Shown in pieces: positions 30,662-40,516 of a stretch of DNA of 64,000 nucleotides. Source of the DNA: an uncultured Spirochaetota bacterium (lineage in GTDB: Bacteria; Spirochaetota; Spirochaetia; SZUA-6; Fen-1364); NCBI GenBank assembly GCA_963745235.1, contig CAVUXE010000044.1, positions 98,187-162,186 of the forward strand, written 5' to 3'. Position 1 is the first letter of the stretch; each line of letters opens with the position of its first letter. The notes below the pieces were generated by a model. The model was not told the DNA's origin. It ran no database searches and was given only the letters and a program-made list of their open reading frames with translations. The position numbers and the translations under genes are program-made.

Positions 30662-31558
30662 ATGGAAATGCGTTTCGTCATTCCCCGGGTTGCCTTGCCA
30701 GCCCGGCTCGTCATTTTCGCCGGCTTCGCGGCTCTGGGATTTGGCCTCCAGGTCCTTCTGCCCGGCGGGCCCGGATTCATCCTCGGGACGGTCGTCATGG
30801 TTCCCGGGCTTCTCTTCGTGTCGGCCCGGAGCTTCCGCAACAAGCCCATGGACATCGACAAGGAGGACTGGCAGGCGGCATCCGTTCGAGAGTTCGACCG
30901 GATCAAGAGCAATCTGCAGCTCACCCGGCAGAAGCGCTTCTCAGTGATCTACCGCCCGGGGTTTGGCTGGTTCATGGCCGTGGTCCTTGCCGTCGCAAGC
31001 GCGGTGCTCGCCATGAGCAGTCACCCTTTTGCGGCGCTGGTGGGCTTCGACGCCATGGTGCTCCTTGTTCCTTTCCTGCTGACCGGGAATGTGAAGCTCT
31101 GGACTCCGCAGGAGCTCGCCTTTCGCATGCGCGTTTTCGACCCCATCCTTTCCACCGAACAGGCGGAGGGCGGTGACATTGTCATCACCCCTTACCTGAG
31201 GCTGGACAAGGACAAGGAGGGGCATGAGATTCCTGAAGACATCAGGCTCATGGTGGAGCCGCGCAGGAAGCCCGCTGATTTCCTCGGCGTGCAGCTCCAG
31301 GTCGCGGTGAACAAGGGCCCCAACGGGAATGTCCCGTACATGTACGCGGTGTTTCTCTGCCGCGGGAAGGGGGACTCTTTCCGGAAGGTCAGCGCCTGGA
31401 GCTTCGAGGACTTTGTGAAGGAACCGGGCGGGGACAAGGAATACGGCTACGTGGTGGTCCGGCAGAAGACCTCGGGAACGGGGTATCACACGACGGACGC
31501 CGACGTCCGACGCCTTTACGAGATGGTGAGGAAAAGACTGTCGACCATGAACGGCTGA
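30662..31558 (+). CDS. Hypothetical 4-TM membrane protein with soluble C-terminal domain
   Basis: GAGGAG RBS before ATG 30662; two hydrophobic hairpins; assembled in frame with SPASM end. Confidence 0.65.
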   Translation: MEMRFVIPRVALPARLVIFAGFAALGFGLQVLLPGGPGFILGTVVMVPGLLFVSARSFRNKPMDIDKEDWQAASVREFDRIKSNLQLTRQKRFSVIYRPGFGWFMAVVLAVASAVLAMSSHPFAALVGFDAMVLLVPFLLTGNVKLWTPQELAFRMRVFDPILSTEQAEGGDIVITPYLRLDKDKEGHEIPEDIRLMVEPRRKPADFLGVQLQVAVNKGPNGNVPYMYAVFLCRGKGDSFRKVSAWSFEDFVKEPGGDKEYGYVVVRQKTSGTGYHTTDADVRRLYEMVRKRLSTMNG

Positions 31559-31643
31559 ACGCCGCCGCCCGCGTCGGGCGTGCCCCGCGGCGTTCGTTTC
31601 CCCGCGGCACACGATCCCGAGCGTCGCTTCGCGGCGTCTCTCC

Positions 31644-32624
31644 TTAGCTGTGCCCCAGCACTCGGTGCGGGCGGTACGGCTCTTCCAGTGAGGTGACCTG
31701 ATCCGCGGTAAGCTGGATTGACAGAGCGTCCGCCGCCTGCTCCAGGTGAGGAAGCTTGCTCGCCCCGACAATTGGCGCCGTGATGTACGGTTTGGACAGC
31801 ATCCAGGCCGTGGCAACCTGCGCCATGGTCTTCCCGATGTCCTTCGCAACACGCGCCAACCGGTCAACCACGGCGAAATCCTCCTCCTGGTAGTACATGG
31901 AATGGGCATACTCGTCGGACTTGCTGCGCGTCGTGTCCCCGCCCTTTTCCCGTGTCCGTGTGCCGGCAAGGAAGCCCCGTGCCAGCGGGCTCCAGGGAAT
32001 GATGCCGATCCCCTGGTCAATGCAGAGCGGGATCATCTCCCGCTCCTCCTCTCGATAGATCAGGTTGTAGTGATTCTGCATGGACACGAACCTGCTCCAG
32101 CCCCTCTTCTCCGAGAGGGAGAGCGCCTGGGCAAGTTGCCACGCGAACATGCTGGAAGCGCCGATGTAGCGGGCTTTGCCGGAGCGAACAACGTCGTTCA
32201 GGGCCTCCAGGGTCTCCTCGATAGGGGTGTGGGGGTCCCATCGGTGGATCTGGTAGAGATCCACGTGATCCATCCCCAGGCGCCTGAGGGAGGCATCAAT
32301 GGCGTCCATGATGTGCTTCCGCGACAGTCCGAAGTTGTTCGGATCCGGTCCCATGCGGTTGAACACCTTGGTGGCCACCACGACCTCTTCACGCCGGGCG
32401 AAGTCCTTGAGCGCCCGTCCCGTCACCTCCTCGCTTGCCCCCATGGAATACATGTCCGCGGTGTCGAAGAAGTTGATTCCCAGCTCGACGGCCCGCTTGT
32501 AGAACGGTCTCGCATCCCTTTCATCCAGGACCCAGTCCCTCCACTTTGTGGACCCGTAGGTCATGGTACCGAGGCAGATCCTGGAAACCTTGAGTCCCGT
32601 CTTTCCCAGCTGGACGTAATCCAT
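31644..32624 (-). CDS. Aldo/keto reductase (YajO-like)
   Basis: LGKTGLKVSRICLG, FFDTADMY, DLYQIHRWD, MQNHYNL, PWSPLARG. Confidence 0.93.
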   Translation of the reverse strand: MDYVQLGKTGLKVSRICLGTMTYGSTKWRDWVLDERDARPFYKRAVELGINFFDTADMYSMGASEEVTGRALKDFARREEVVVATKVFNRMGPDPNNFGLSRKHIMDAIDASLRRLGMDHVDLYQIHRWDPHTPIEETLEALNDVVRSGKARYIGASSMFAWQLAQALSLSEKRGWSRFVSMQNHYNLIYREEEREMIPLCIDQGIGIIPWSPLARGFLAGTRTREKGGDTTRSKSDEYAHSMYYQEEDFAVVDRLARVAKDIGKTMAQVATAWMLSKPYITAPIVGASKLPHLEQAADALSIQLTADQVTSLEEPYRPHRVLGHS

Positions 32625-32632
32625 GGTGTGTC

Positions 32633-33496
32633 TCAATCTCCGGCGGCAATGCCGGCCATCTGTGCTGAAAGATCCCAGAGCCTGCGCATGCTCGCGGGGT
32701 CCCGCGAAGCGGGGGCGGATTCATGCTCCCGGCATTTCACGAAGTACTTTCCGGTCACTCCTTCCACATCGTCTGAAGACGCGAGGTAGACGCTGGTGCG
32801 CGCCCCTTCCTCGACGCTGATCGCGCCGAGGCGCTGCGCGAGGGACATGACCAGGTTCATGAAAGGCCCGTTGTTCTTGCCGAAGTCCGACGCGACGAAG
32901 CCGGGGTGGAGCGCATTCGCCGTCACGCCGCTCCCGTCGAGCCGCCGCGCCAGCTCGTGGGTGAAGAGCAGGTTCGCGAGCTTCGACCGGCCGTACGCCC
33001 CCCAGGGGCTGAAGCGCCTGCGACCCTGGAGGTCATCGAAGTTCATGACCGCGCGAAGATGCGCGTCCGAAGAGACCGTCACCACCCGGGACTGCTTCCG
33101 GCGCTTCAGAGCGCCAAGGAGAAGGTTGGTAAGGAGAAATGGCGCAAGGTGATTGAGGGCGAAAGTCATCTCGATCCCGTCCACCGACTCCGTCCTGCGT
33201 TGGAAGACGGCGCCCACGTTGTTCACGAGCACATCGAGACCGCCCTGCGAGCTCGCCTGGTCGGCGACCGCGCGCACCTGTGCCTGGGAGGAAAGGTCGG
33301 CGATGATGATCTCGATGAGCGGGTTGCCGGTCGTGGCCGTTATCCATTCACGCGTGGCCTGCGCCTTCTCGCGGTTACGCGCCACCAGCATGATGCGCGC
33401 CCCCGCCGTTGCCAGCTCTCGAGCTGTGATCCGCCCGATTCCCGCCGTTGCCCCTGTTATGAGGACCGTTTTCCCCGAGATGGATGCGTTGGTCAC
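32633..33496 (-). CDS. Short-chain dehydrogenase (retinol dehydrogenase-like)
   Basis: ITGATAGIG, NNVG, YGRSK, LHPGFV; start reset to GTG 33496. Confidence 0.9.
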   Translation of the reverse strand: MTNASISGKTVLITGATAGIGRITARELATAGARIMLVARNREKAQATREWITATTGNPLIEIIIADLSSQAQVRAVADQASSQGGLDVLVNNVGAVFQRRTESVDGIEMTFALNHLAPFLLTNLLLGALKRRKQSRVVTVSSDAHLRAVMNFDDLQGRRRFSPWGAYGRSKLANLLFTHELARRLDGSGVTANALHPGFVASDFGKNNGPFMNLVMSLAQRLGAISVEEGARTSVYLASSDDVEGVTGKYFVKCREHESAPASRDPASMRRLWDLSAQMAGIAAGD

Positions 33497-33616
33497 TTCC
33501 CGTATTCCTTTCGCCGCTGGTGGCTCTCCTGGGCCGCTGCGCGGCTTCTCTAACATACTCACGCACGGTTGATCCAGGCCACGCCGCGCGGATATAACGG
33601 GAGAGGAGGAAGAAAA

Positions 33617-34690
33617 ATGCTGAGGTTCGGGATCGCTGGAGCGGGCATGATCGCCCAATACGGGTTTGACGGGATAACCGCAAGCGGCGCCGCCGAGGTC
33701 GCGGCCATCGCGGATCCTCACCAGGGACGAGCGCAGGAGTTCGCCCGGCGCAACGGTGTGCGTTACGTTCGCGCCGACGCGCAGGAGCTCTTCCAGGACA
33801 CGTCCCTGGATGCCGTGTACATAGCGACACCAACCGCCTTTCATGCCCCGTATGCCATCGCCGCGCTTCGGGCCGGCAAGCACGTCATCCTGGAAAAGCC
33901 CTTTGCCTTCACCTATGCGGATGCGCGCGCCGTCACCGATGCCGCCGCAAAGAGCGGGAAGGTGTTCATGGTCGGCATGAACTACCGCTTCGAAAAGGGG
34001 GCGCAGCAGGTCCGCGCGCTCGCGGAGCGGGGCTATTTCGGTGACATCCATCGCATCCGGGCGTTCTGGCGCCGCCGCTCGGGATCGCCTCGACTGGGGA
34101 CCTGGTTCGGGAACAAGAAGCTGGCCGGCGGGGGCTGCTTCATGGATATTGGCGTGCACATGATCGATCTCGCCTTCTGGACGTCGATGAACTTCGAGGT
34201 GGCAAGCGTGAGCGCTGCCGTGTATTCCAAGTTCGGCAGCCGCGGCCTCGGGGAAGGAAGCTGGGGAGCATCAACGCCGGAGGGCCTCGCGTTCGACGTC
34301 GAGGACAGCGCATCCGCCTTTCTTCGCATGAGGAACGGCGCAACCATTCAGCTGGAGATCTCCTGGTCAGCGCACCAGAAGGACGACGACGCGCACGACG
34401 TGGAGCTCTTCGGCACGGAGGCCGGCGCGCGGGTCTTCCCGCTGGAGATCTATCGCGCGGACACGGACCTGTCCGCGCCCGTGGATATCACGCGGGTCGG
34501 CATCCCGCTTTCCTATCCCCACTGCAACAGGTTCGTCAATTTCGTTCGCTCCGTCCTGGGTGAAGAGCGGCCGTGTGTCGCACCCGAGCAGTCCCTTGCC
34601 GTGCAGCGGGTCATAGATGCCGCATACCAGTCCGCCGCATCGGGGCGGGAAGTCTTCCTGGCGTGCGCGGAGGAGATCAAAAGCCGCTGA
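33617..34690 (+). CDS. Gfo/Idh/MocA oxidoreductase
   Basis: GIAGAGMI, GKHVILEKP, GGGCFMDIGVHMID; GGAGG RBS. Confidence 0.92.
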   Translation: MLRFGIAGAGMIAQYGFDGITASGAAEVAAIADPHQGRAQEFARRNGVRYVRADAQELFQDTSLDAVYIATPTAFHAPYAIAALRAGKHVILEKPFAFTYADARAVTDAAAKSGKVFMVGMNYRFEKGAQQVRALAERGYFGDIHRIRAFWRRRSGSPRLGTWFGNKKLAGGGCFMDIGVHMIDLAFWTSMNFEVASVSAAVYSKFGSRGLGEGSWGASTPEGLAFDVEDSASAFLRMRNGATIQLEISWSAHQKDDDAHDVELFGTEAGARVFPLEIYRADTDLSAPVDITRVGIPLSYPHCNRFVNFVRSVLGEERPCVAPEQSLAVQRVIDAAYQSAASGREVFLACAEEIKSR

Positions 34691-35705
34691 ACTGGTCAAC
34701 GTTGTCGCGGGTCAGGATGATGGGCCTGTTGTAGATCAGCGTGTTCTCCGCAAAAGAAATCGGTCTGCCGAGCCCGGGGATCTCGAGGTCCGGGCCAATC
34801 ATGCTTCGCTTGCCGTCAAGAACGAGCCTGGCCAGATACGCCATTGCGTAGCCAGCTTCCGCCGGGTCCCACAGGATTGAGGCGCTGAGGGAGCCGTCTT
34901 TGAGGAAGGGTGCCGCCTGCGTCGGGCCGGTGGTCCCGATGACGGCAATGGAGCCGACTCGCTCTTTCTCCTGAACAGCCTGCGCGACACCCGGTCCTCC
35001 CTGGCTGCCGAAGACGAGGAATGCTTTGATACCCGGGTATGAGGCGATGAGATCGAGTGCGGTCTGCCGGGACAGGCCCTGGTCCTCGGACACGGGGAAG
35101 CGCTCCCCGACAAGCCTGAGATCAGGGAACTTCTGCCTGGCAAGGGAAATGGCCGCGTCGGCCCACCCGTTGTGGTCCGGTGTCGTGAAGGACCCGACGA
35201 AAACCGCGTACTGTCCCGCGGGGGAGGCCATCGCCTTTGCCATTTCCTCCATTGCCATGCGGCCGAACAGCGTGGTGTCTATCATCTCCACATCGACGTC
35301 AGCATTACCCTGTTGAGGGGATTGATTCGTGACTATCGCGATCCTTTTTGTCCGCGCCAGGCCGAACGCGGACTCGATGGACGGATCCGCGCCGGGGACG
35401 ACGAGGATGGCGTCGTTGCCCTGGTTTGTCGCATCTTCGATCAGCTTCACCTGCGCCGTGAGGTCAGCGGAGGATGGAGCCTTCTGTGTCACGTTGATTC
35501 CGATTTCCGCGCCTGCCTTCGTCAGCCCTGCCTGCATCCTGTCAAACCACGGTGCTTTGAACTTCGGGATGAAGACCGCGGTGTATTTGACACCGGTTTC
35601 CTTCTGAGGGCCGGCAAAGGCGGGGCTCATTCCGCTCAATGCAAGAATCGAAAGGACGAACAGCGGCGCCCATCCTCCCCGCGGGCCGCTTCGAGGGCAG
35701 TCCAC
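34677..35705 (-). CDS. Sugar ABC substrate-binding protein (LsrB/RhaS-like), orphan
   Basis: Signal peptide, PK..PWF, WDP..AGY motifs of class-B periplasmic binding proteins. Confidence 0.8.
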   Translation of the reverse strand: MDCPRSGPRGGWAPLFVLSILALSGMSPAFAGPQKETGVKYTAVFIPKFKAPWFDRMQAGLTKAGAEIGINVTQKAPSSADLTAQVKLIEDATNQGNDAILVVPGADPSIESAFGLARTKRIAIVTNQSPQQGNADVDVEMIDTTLFGRMAMEEMAKAMASPAGQYAVFVGSFTTPDHNGWADAAISLARQKFPDLRLVGERFPVSEDQGLSRQTALDLIASYPGIKAFLVFGSQGGPGVAQAVQEKERVGSIAVIGTTGPTQAAPFLKDGSLSASILWDPAEAGYAMAYLARLVLDGKRSMIGPDLEIPGLGRPISFAENTLIYNRPIILTRDNVDQFSGF

Positions 35706-35711
35706 GGCCTG

Positions 35712-36056
35712 CTACTCGTTCAAGGCGGCCTGCAGCGCGTCGATGAGCTGCTTGATCACTTCCTTGGGGACCTGGTCGAGCCTGCCCTCCACCCTTTTCG
35801 CGACGGCCTGGAGGTCCTGGATCGTCTTCTGGTTCTGGCTGACCTCGTCCACGGCGGCCTGCGCCTGCTCTTTCACCTTCTGGTAGTCGGCCAGCTGAGC
35901 CTTGAGATCGGCGATCTGCCTCGCTTCATCCTCCGCCAGCGCCTTTGTCTTGGAGTCGACGTACGTGTTGGTTGCTATGAATCCGAGGAAGTTGCCGGAC
36001 GCGCAACTGCTCAGGGCCACGACCGCGACTACGAACAGGATCAGGAATTTTCTCAT
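35712..36056 (-). CDS. Small coiled-coil lipoprotein
   Basis: MRKFLILFVVAVVALSSC lipobox; heptad-like helical body; GGAGG RBS. Confidence 0.7.
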   Translation of the reverse strand: MRKFLILFVVAVVALSSCASGNFLGFIATNTYVDSKTKALAEDEARQIADLKAQLADYQKVKEQAQAAVDEVSQNQKTIQDLQAVAKRVEGRLDQVPKEVIKQLIDALQAALNE

Positions 36057-36198
36057 TTCGCGTTGCCTCCTGGCGCATCTTACCCAAGAGTTTCTTTCCC
36101 GTCCAATGACGGCACCTTGACTGAGGGAGCCCATCCTCCTTACTATCAAAGGAAATAAGAGATATTCAGCACTCTCCGCGCGACCGGTAAGGACTACA

Positions 36199-38025
36199 AT
36201 GGCGAAAACCGCGATCAAATACGACGAGAAATCGATTCAGACCCTCGATGCTCTGGAGCACATCCGCCTGCGCACGGGCATGTACATAGGACGTCTGGGC
36301 GACGGCTCCAACCCCATGGATGGCATCTACATCCTCCTGAAGGAAATCATCGACAACAGCGTGGATGAGTTCATCATGGGGCAGGGGAAGGTCATCGAGA
36401 TTTCCCGCAAGAAGGTGACCGTCAGCGTGAGGGACTACGGGCGCGGCATCCCCCTCGGCAAGGTCATCGACTGCGTGAGCAAGGTGAACACGGGCGGCAA
36501 GTTCAACGACGAGGTGTTCCAGTTCTCCGTCGGGCTGAATGGAATCGGCACGAAAGCGGTCAACGCGCTTTCCTCCGAGTTCGAGGTTGCAAGCTTCCGT
36601 GACGGGAAGTTCTTTCAGGCCATCTTTCGGGAAGGCAAGCTCACTGGCCAGAAGGACGGCAGGGATCCGAAGGCAAAGACGGGCACTTTCGTTCGCTTCA
36701 CGCCGGACCCGAAGATCTTCACCACCTACGACTGGGACGATGAGTTCATCCTGAAGCGGCTGCGCTACTACGCCTACCTCAACTCCGGCCTTCGCTTCGT
36801 GTACAACGGCCAGACCGTGACAAGCCAGGCGGGGTTGCATGACCTCCTCCTGGAGGAGATCGGTGAAGAGGAGATCCATTACGAGATCGCGCACCACAAG
36901 GGTCCGCAGCTGGAGTTCGCCTTCACCCACACCGCGAACTTCGGGGAGAGCTACTTCAGCTTCGTGAACGGCCAGTACACGGTGGACGGCGGCACGCACC
37001 AGACCGCGTTCCGCCTCGGCGTTCTGAAGGCCATCGACGAGTACGCCGGGGTGAACTTCTCCGCGGAGGACGTGCGGGAAGGAATGATCGGGGCGGTGGC
37101 AATCAAGCTGAAGGACCCCGTGTTCGAGAGCCAGACCAAGCACAAGCTGGGAAACAACGAGATCCGAGGCTGGGTCGCGGAGGACGTGAAGAAGGAGACC
37201 CTCACGTGGCTGCACAGGAACGAGGCCGAGGCGAAGAAGCTCGTGGACAAGATCAAGGCGAACGAACGCATCCGCAAGGAGCTTTCCAGCATCAAGAAGC
37301 AGGCGCGGGAGATGGCGCGCAAGGTGGAGCTGCACATCCCCAAGCTGACGGACTGCCGGGTGCATTTCGACGATGAGAAGGAAAAGCGCCGGGAGGAGTC
37401 CAGCATCTTCCTCACGGAAGGGGATTCAGCGGGCGGCCCCATGATCCAGGCCAGGGACGTGCACACGCAGGCCATCTTCTCCCTCAAGGGCAAGCCCCTG
37501 AACGTCTTCGGGCTCAAGCGGGACACTGTGTACAAGAACGAAGAGCTGTACAACATCATGCGCGCGCTGGGGATCGAAGACGGCCTGGACGGGCTTCGCT
37601 ACAACCGGGTCATTCTGGCCACGGACGCGGACGTGGACGGCATGCACATCCGCAACCTGCTGCTCACATTCTTCCTGCACTACTTCGAGCAGCTCGTCCT
37701 CCAGGGTCACCTCTACATCCTGGAGACGCCGCTGTTCCGGGTGCGCACCCGGGACGAGACGGTGTACTGCTACAGCGAGACGGAGCGGGACGCGGCCATG
37801 AAGCGCCTGAAGGGGCCCGAGGTAACGCGGTTCAAGGGCCTGGGGGAGATCTCTCCGAAGGAGTTCAAGCAGTTCATGTCGGACGACATGCGCCTCACGC
37901 CGGTCACCGTCCCGTCCATGGCCGGCGTGCATCGCACGCTTGAGTTCCTCATGGGCAAGAACACGCCGGAGCGCAGGAAGTTCATTGTCAACAACCTGCG
38001 CGTCGAGGTCCTGGAGGGAGCATGA
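36199..38025 (+). CDS. parE: DNA topoisomerase IV subunit B
   Basis: EHIRLRTGMYIG, EIIDNSVDE, DYGRGIP, EGDSA, TDADVDGMHI, RFKGLGEI; short 608-aa form. Confidence 0.88.
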   Translation: MAKTAIKYDEKSIQTLDALEHIRLRTGMYIGRLGDGSNPMDGIYILLKEIIDNSVDEFIMGQGKVIEISRKKVTVSVRDYGRGIPLGKVIDCVSKVNTGGKFNDEVFQFSVGLNGIGTKAVNALSSEFEVASFRDGKFFQAIFREGKLTGQKDGRDPKAKTGTFVRFTPDPKIFTTYDWDDEFILKRLRYYAYLNSGLRFVYNGQTVTSQAGLHDLLLEEIGEEEIHYEIAHHKGPQLEFAFTHTANFGESYFSFVNGQYTVDGGTHQTAFRLGVLKAIDEYAGVNFSAEDVREGMIGAVAIKLKDPVFESQTKHKLGNNEIRGWVAEDVKKETLTWLHRNEAEAKKLVDKIKANERIRKELSSIKKQAREMARKVELHIPKLTDCRVHFDDEKEKRREESSIFLTEGDSAGGPMIQARDVHTQAIFSLKGKPLNVFGLKRDTVYKNEELYNIMRALGIEDGLDGLRYNRVILATDADVDGMHIRNLLLTFFLHYFEQLVLQGHLYILETPLFRVRTRDETVYCYSETERDAAMKRLKGPEVTRFKGLGEISPKEFKQFMSDDMRLTPVTVPSMAGVHRTLEFLMGKNTPERRKFIVNNLRVEVLEGA

Positions 38026-39947
38026 GCCCGCAGAGCCAGCTCAAGCCTCTCATGGAGGGGTACTTCCTCGATTACGCGAGCTACGTGATCATGGACCGGG
38101 CCATCCCGGACCTGCGGGACGGCTGCAAGCCCGTGCAGAGGCGCATCCTTCACACTCTCTTCGAGATGCATGACGGCAAGTACCACAAGGTCGCCAACGT
38201 CATCGGGGAGGCCATGAAGCTGCATCCCCACGGGGACGCCTCCATCGGAGACGCCCTTGTCGTGCTCGCCAACAAGGACTACTTCATCGACAAGCAGGGC
38301 AACTTCGGCAACATCATGACCGGCCACCCGGCGGCCGCGGCGCGCTACATCGAATGCCGGCTCACGCCCCTGGCCATGGAGACGCTGTTCAACCCCGCGC
38401 TCACGGAGACCATCCCCAGCTACGACGGCCGCCGCAAGGAGCCGAAGGAGCTGCCGGCAAAGGTGCCCGTGCTCCTGATGCTCGGCGCGGAAGGGATTGC
38501 CGTGGGAATGGCAACCACCATTCTGCCCCACAACTTCCCGGAGCTCCTGCGTGCGCTCGTCTCCATTCTCAAGGGGGAAAAGCCGGCGCTGTTCCCCGAC
38601 TTCCCGCAGGGAGGGCTGATCGACGTCAGCGAATACTCCGACGGCGCCGGGAGAGTGAAGGTACGCGCCCGCATCGAGAAGGTGAGCGGGGTGCAGAAGC
38701 TCGTCATCAGCGAGGTGCCGTACAGCACGACAACCTCGAGCCTCATCGCATCCGTCGAGGCCGCCGTGCAGAAGGGAAAAGTCAGTGTCTCCAAGATCAG
38801 CGACTACACGAGCGATCACGTGGAGATCGAGCTCGCCCTCTCCCGCGGCGCTGAACCGGACAAGGTGATAGATCAGCTCTACGCCAACACGGACTGCGAG
38901 ATCGGCATCTCCTCCAACATGGTCGTCATCAGGAATGAGCGACCCATCGAGGTCTCCGTCTCGGAGTACCTCAAGGAGTTCTCACTCCTTCTCAAGAAGC
39001 AGATCAAGGCGGAGCTGGAGCACGAAGCGGCGCGGCTCGAAGATCGGCGCCACTGGCTGACCCTGGAGCGAATCTTCATCGAGAACCGCGTCTACAAGCG
39101 CCTGGAAAAAGCCGGAACGGAAGAGGCCATCCGGAGGGAAGTCTACGCCGGCATGAAGCCTTTCTCCCGCCAATTCGTGCGCGCCATGACGGATGACGAC
39201 GTTGTGCGGCTGCTGGACCTGAGGATCCGCCGCATCAGCGCCTACGACCTGAAGAAGAATCGCGGAGAGATAGACGACATTGTTGCGGCCCTGCGGCAGG
39301 TGAACCGCAAGCTCAAGAACCTCACCAGGACAGTCATCGAATGGCTGAACGGCCTTGACGAGAAGTACGGGGAGCAGTTCCCGCGGCGCACGGAGATCGA
39401 GACGTTCCACCAGGTGGACAAGGTGGCCGTGGCGAAGGCGAACATCCGCCTGAGCTACGACAGGGAAGCAGGGTATTTCGGGAGCTCGGTGCGGGGGTCA
39501 GAGTTTGTGATGACCGTGACGGAATACGACCGCATCCTCGCGGTGACCGCTGACGGGACCTACCGGATCATGGCTCCTCCCGAAAAAGCGTGGATGCCGG
39601 GGGCGCTCCTGTACGCCGGCATTTTCGACAAGGCAAAAGGGGCGCATTTCACGCTCATCTACCGGGACGCGAACGGGCTGGCGTGGGGAAAGAAAGTGCA
39701 TGTGGAGCGGTTCATTACCGGCAAGACCTACTGGCTCGCGAAGGAAGGGGCGCTGGGGATAGAGTTCCTTGCGGAGAAGAAAGCCACGGGGATCGTGAAG
39801 CTGAACCTGGTCCCGGCAAGGAAACAGAAAGTGAAATCGGTGAACGTGGATCTTGCAAAGATTCCCGCGTGCGGGCTGACGGCGCGTGGAGTGAAGCTAA
39901 CGGCAAAGCCCGTCCAGAGCGCGGAGATGATCCCGCCGAAAAAATGA
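38022..39947 (+). CDS. parC: DNA topoisomerase IV subunit A
   Basis: RAIPDLRDGCKPVQRRIL, HPHGD, AAARYIE catalytic Tyr; short CTD with no GyrA box seen. Confidence 0.88.
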   Translation: MSPQSQLKPLMEGYFLDYASYVIMDRAIPDLRDGCKPVQRRILHTLFEMHDGKYHKVANVIGEAMKLHPHGDASIGDALVVLANKDYFIDKQGNFGNIMTGHPAAAARYIECRLTPLAMETLFNPALTETIPSYDGRRKEPKELPAKVPVLLMLGAEGIAVGMATTILPHNFPELLRALVSILKGEKPALFPDFPQGGLIDVSEYSDGAGRVKVRARIEKVSGVQKLVISEVPYSTTTSSLIASVEAAVQKGKVSVSKISDYTSDHVEIELALSRGAEPDKVIDQLYANTDCEIGISSNMVVIRNERPIEVSVSEYLKEFSLLLKKQIKAELEHEAARLEDRRHWLTLERIFIENRVYKRLEKAGTEEAIRREVYAGMKPFSRQFVRAMTDDDVVRLLDLRIRRISAYDLKKNRGEIDDIVAALRQVNRKLKNLTRTVIEWLNGLDEKYGEQFPRRTEIETFHQVDKVAVAKANIRLSYDREAGYFGSSVRGSEFVMTVTEYDRILAVTADGTYRIMAPPEKAWMPGALLYAGIFDKAKGAHFTLIYRDANGLAWGKKVHVERFITGKTYWLAKEGALGIEFLAEKKATGIVKLNLVPARKQKVKSVNVDLAKIPACGLTARGVKLTAKPVQSAEMIPPKK

Positions 39948-39949
39948 CC

Positions 39950-40516
39950 AGCGTCCGAGGCCTGGCGGATGACCTGTTCAGTTCGAGCGCCCGCTGCCAT
40001 TCCATGACGGACGTGCCCCTGTCACTCGAGTACAGGCGCGGGTCATGGAGGTGCTCCCGAAGGAAGTCGCGCAGCGCGTCACTCGAGCTGAAAGTATGAG
40101 AGGAGAAGACTTCATCGTCCACGAAGCGAAGTGACATCGTGTCCCCCGCGAGGCGGTAGTTCACGTAGCTCCACGAACGGTTGTCAGGCGCGCCGAGCTC
40201 GCGGGCGTTGAGAAATCTCTCCCCATCGATCACCGTGACGAAAGGCCCGATACATCTCGGTTTTTCCCTCCGGCTCGGCCATCCACGCCACATACTCCCG
40301 ATCGTTGAATGAGAGGAAAGTCATGGTTGTCCACTGCCCGGTGTCCGGATCCTGCGCCCTCCAGCGTCCGAGCAGAGCGTTGTCCATGGTCGCATCAGCG
40401 GGGGAGCTCAGGGGAAGATCGGAGCTGAAAGGGCAGGCGGCCAAAGCGAGGATCGCAACGACAAGCAGCAGCCACGCTGCGCCCTTTGCGGGCACAGCCG
40501 GGACGCAACCGGTCAT
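39950..40516 (-). CDS. Hypothetical lipoprotein (frameshift near 40240; 3' end uncertain)
   Basis: LALAAC lipobox, LLGRW motif; continues in ORF 39715-40293 frame (FVTVIDGERFLN). Confidence 0.5.

Noticed and set aside
36199-39947. DNA gyrase gyrB/gyrA
   Set aside because: Both subunits are short, no GyrA box was seen, and there is no dnaA/recF context; better called parE/parC.
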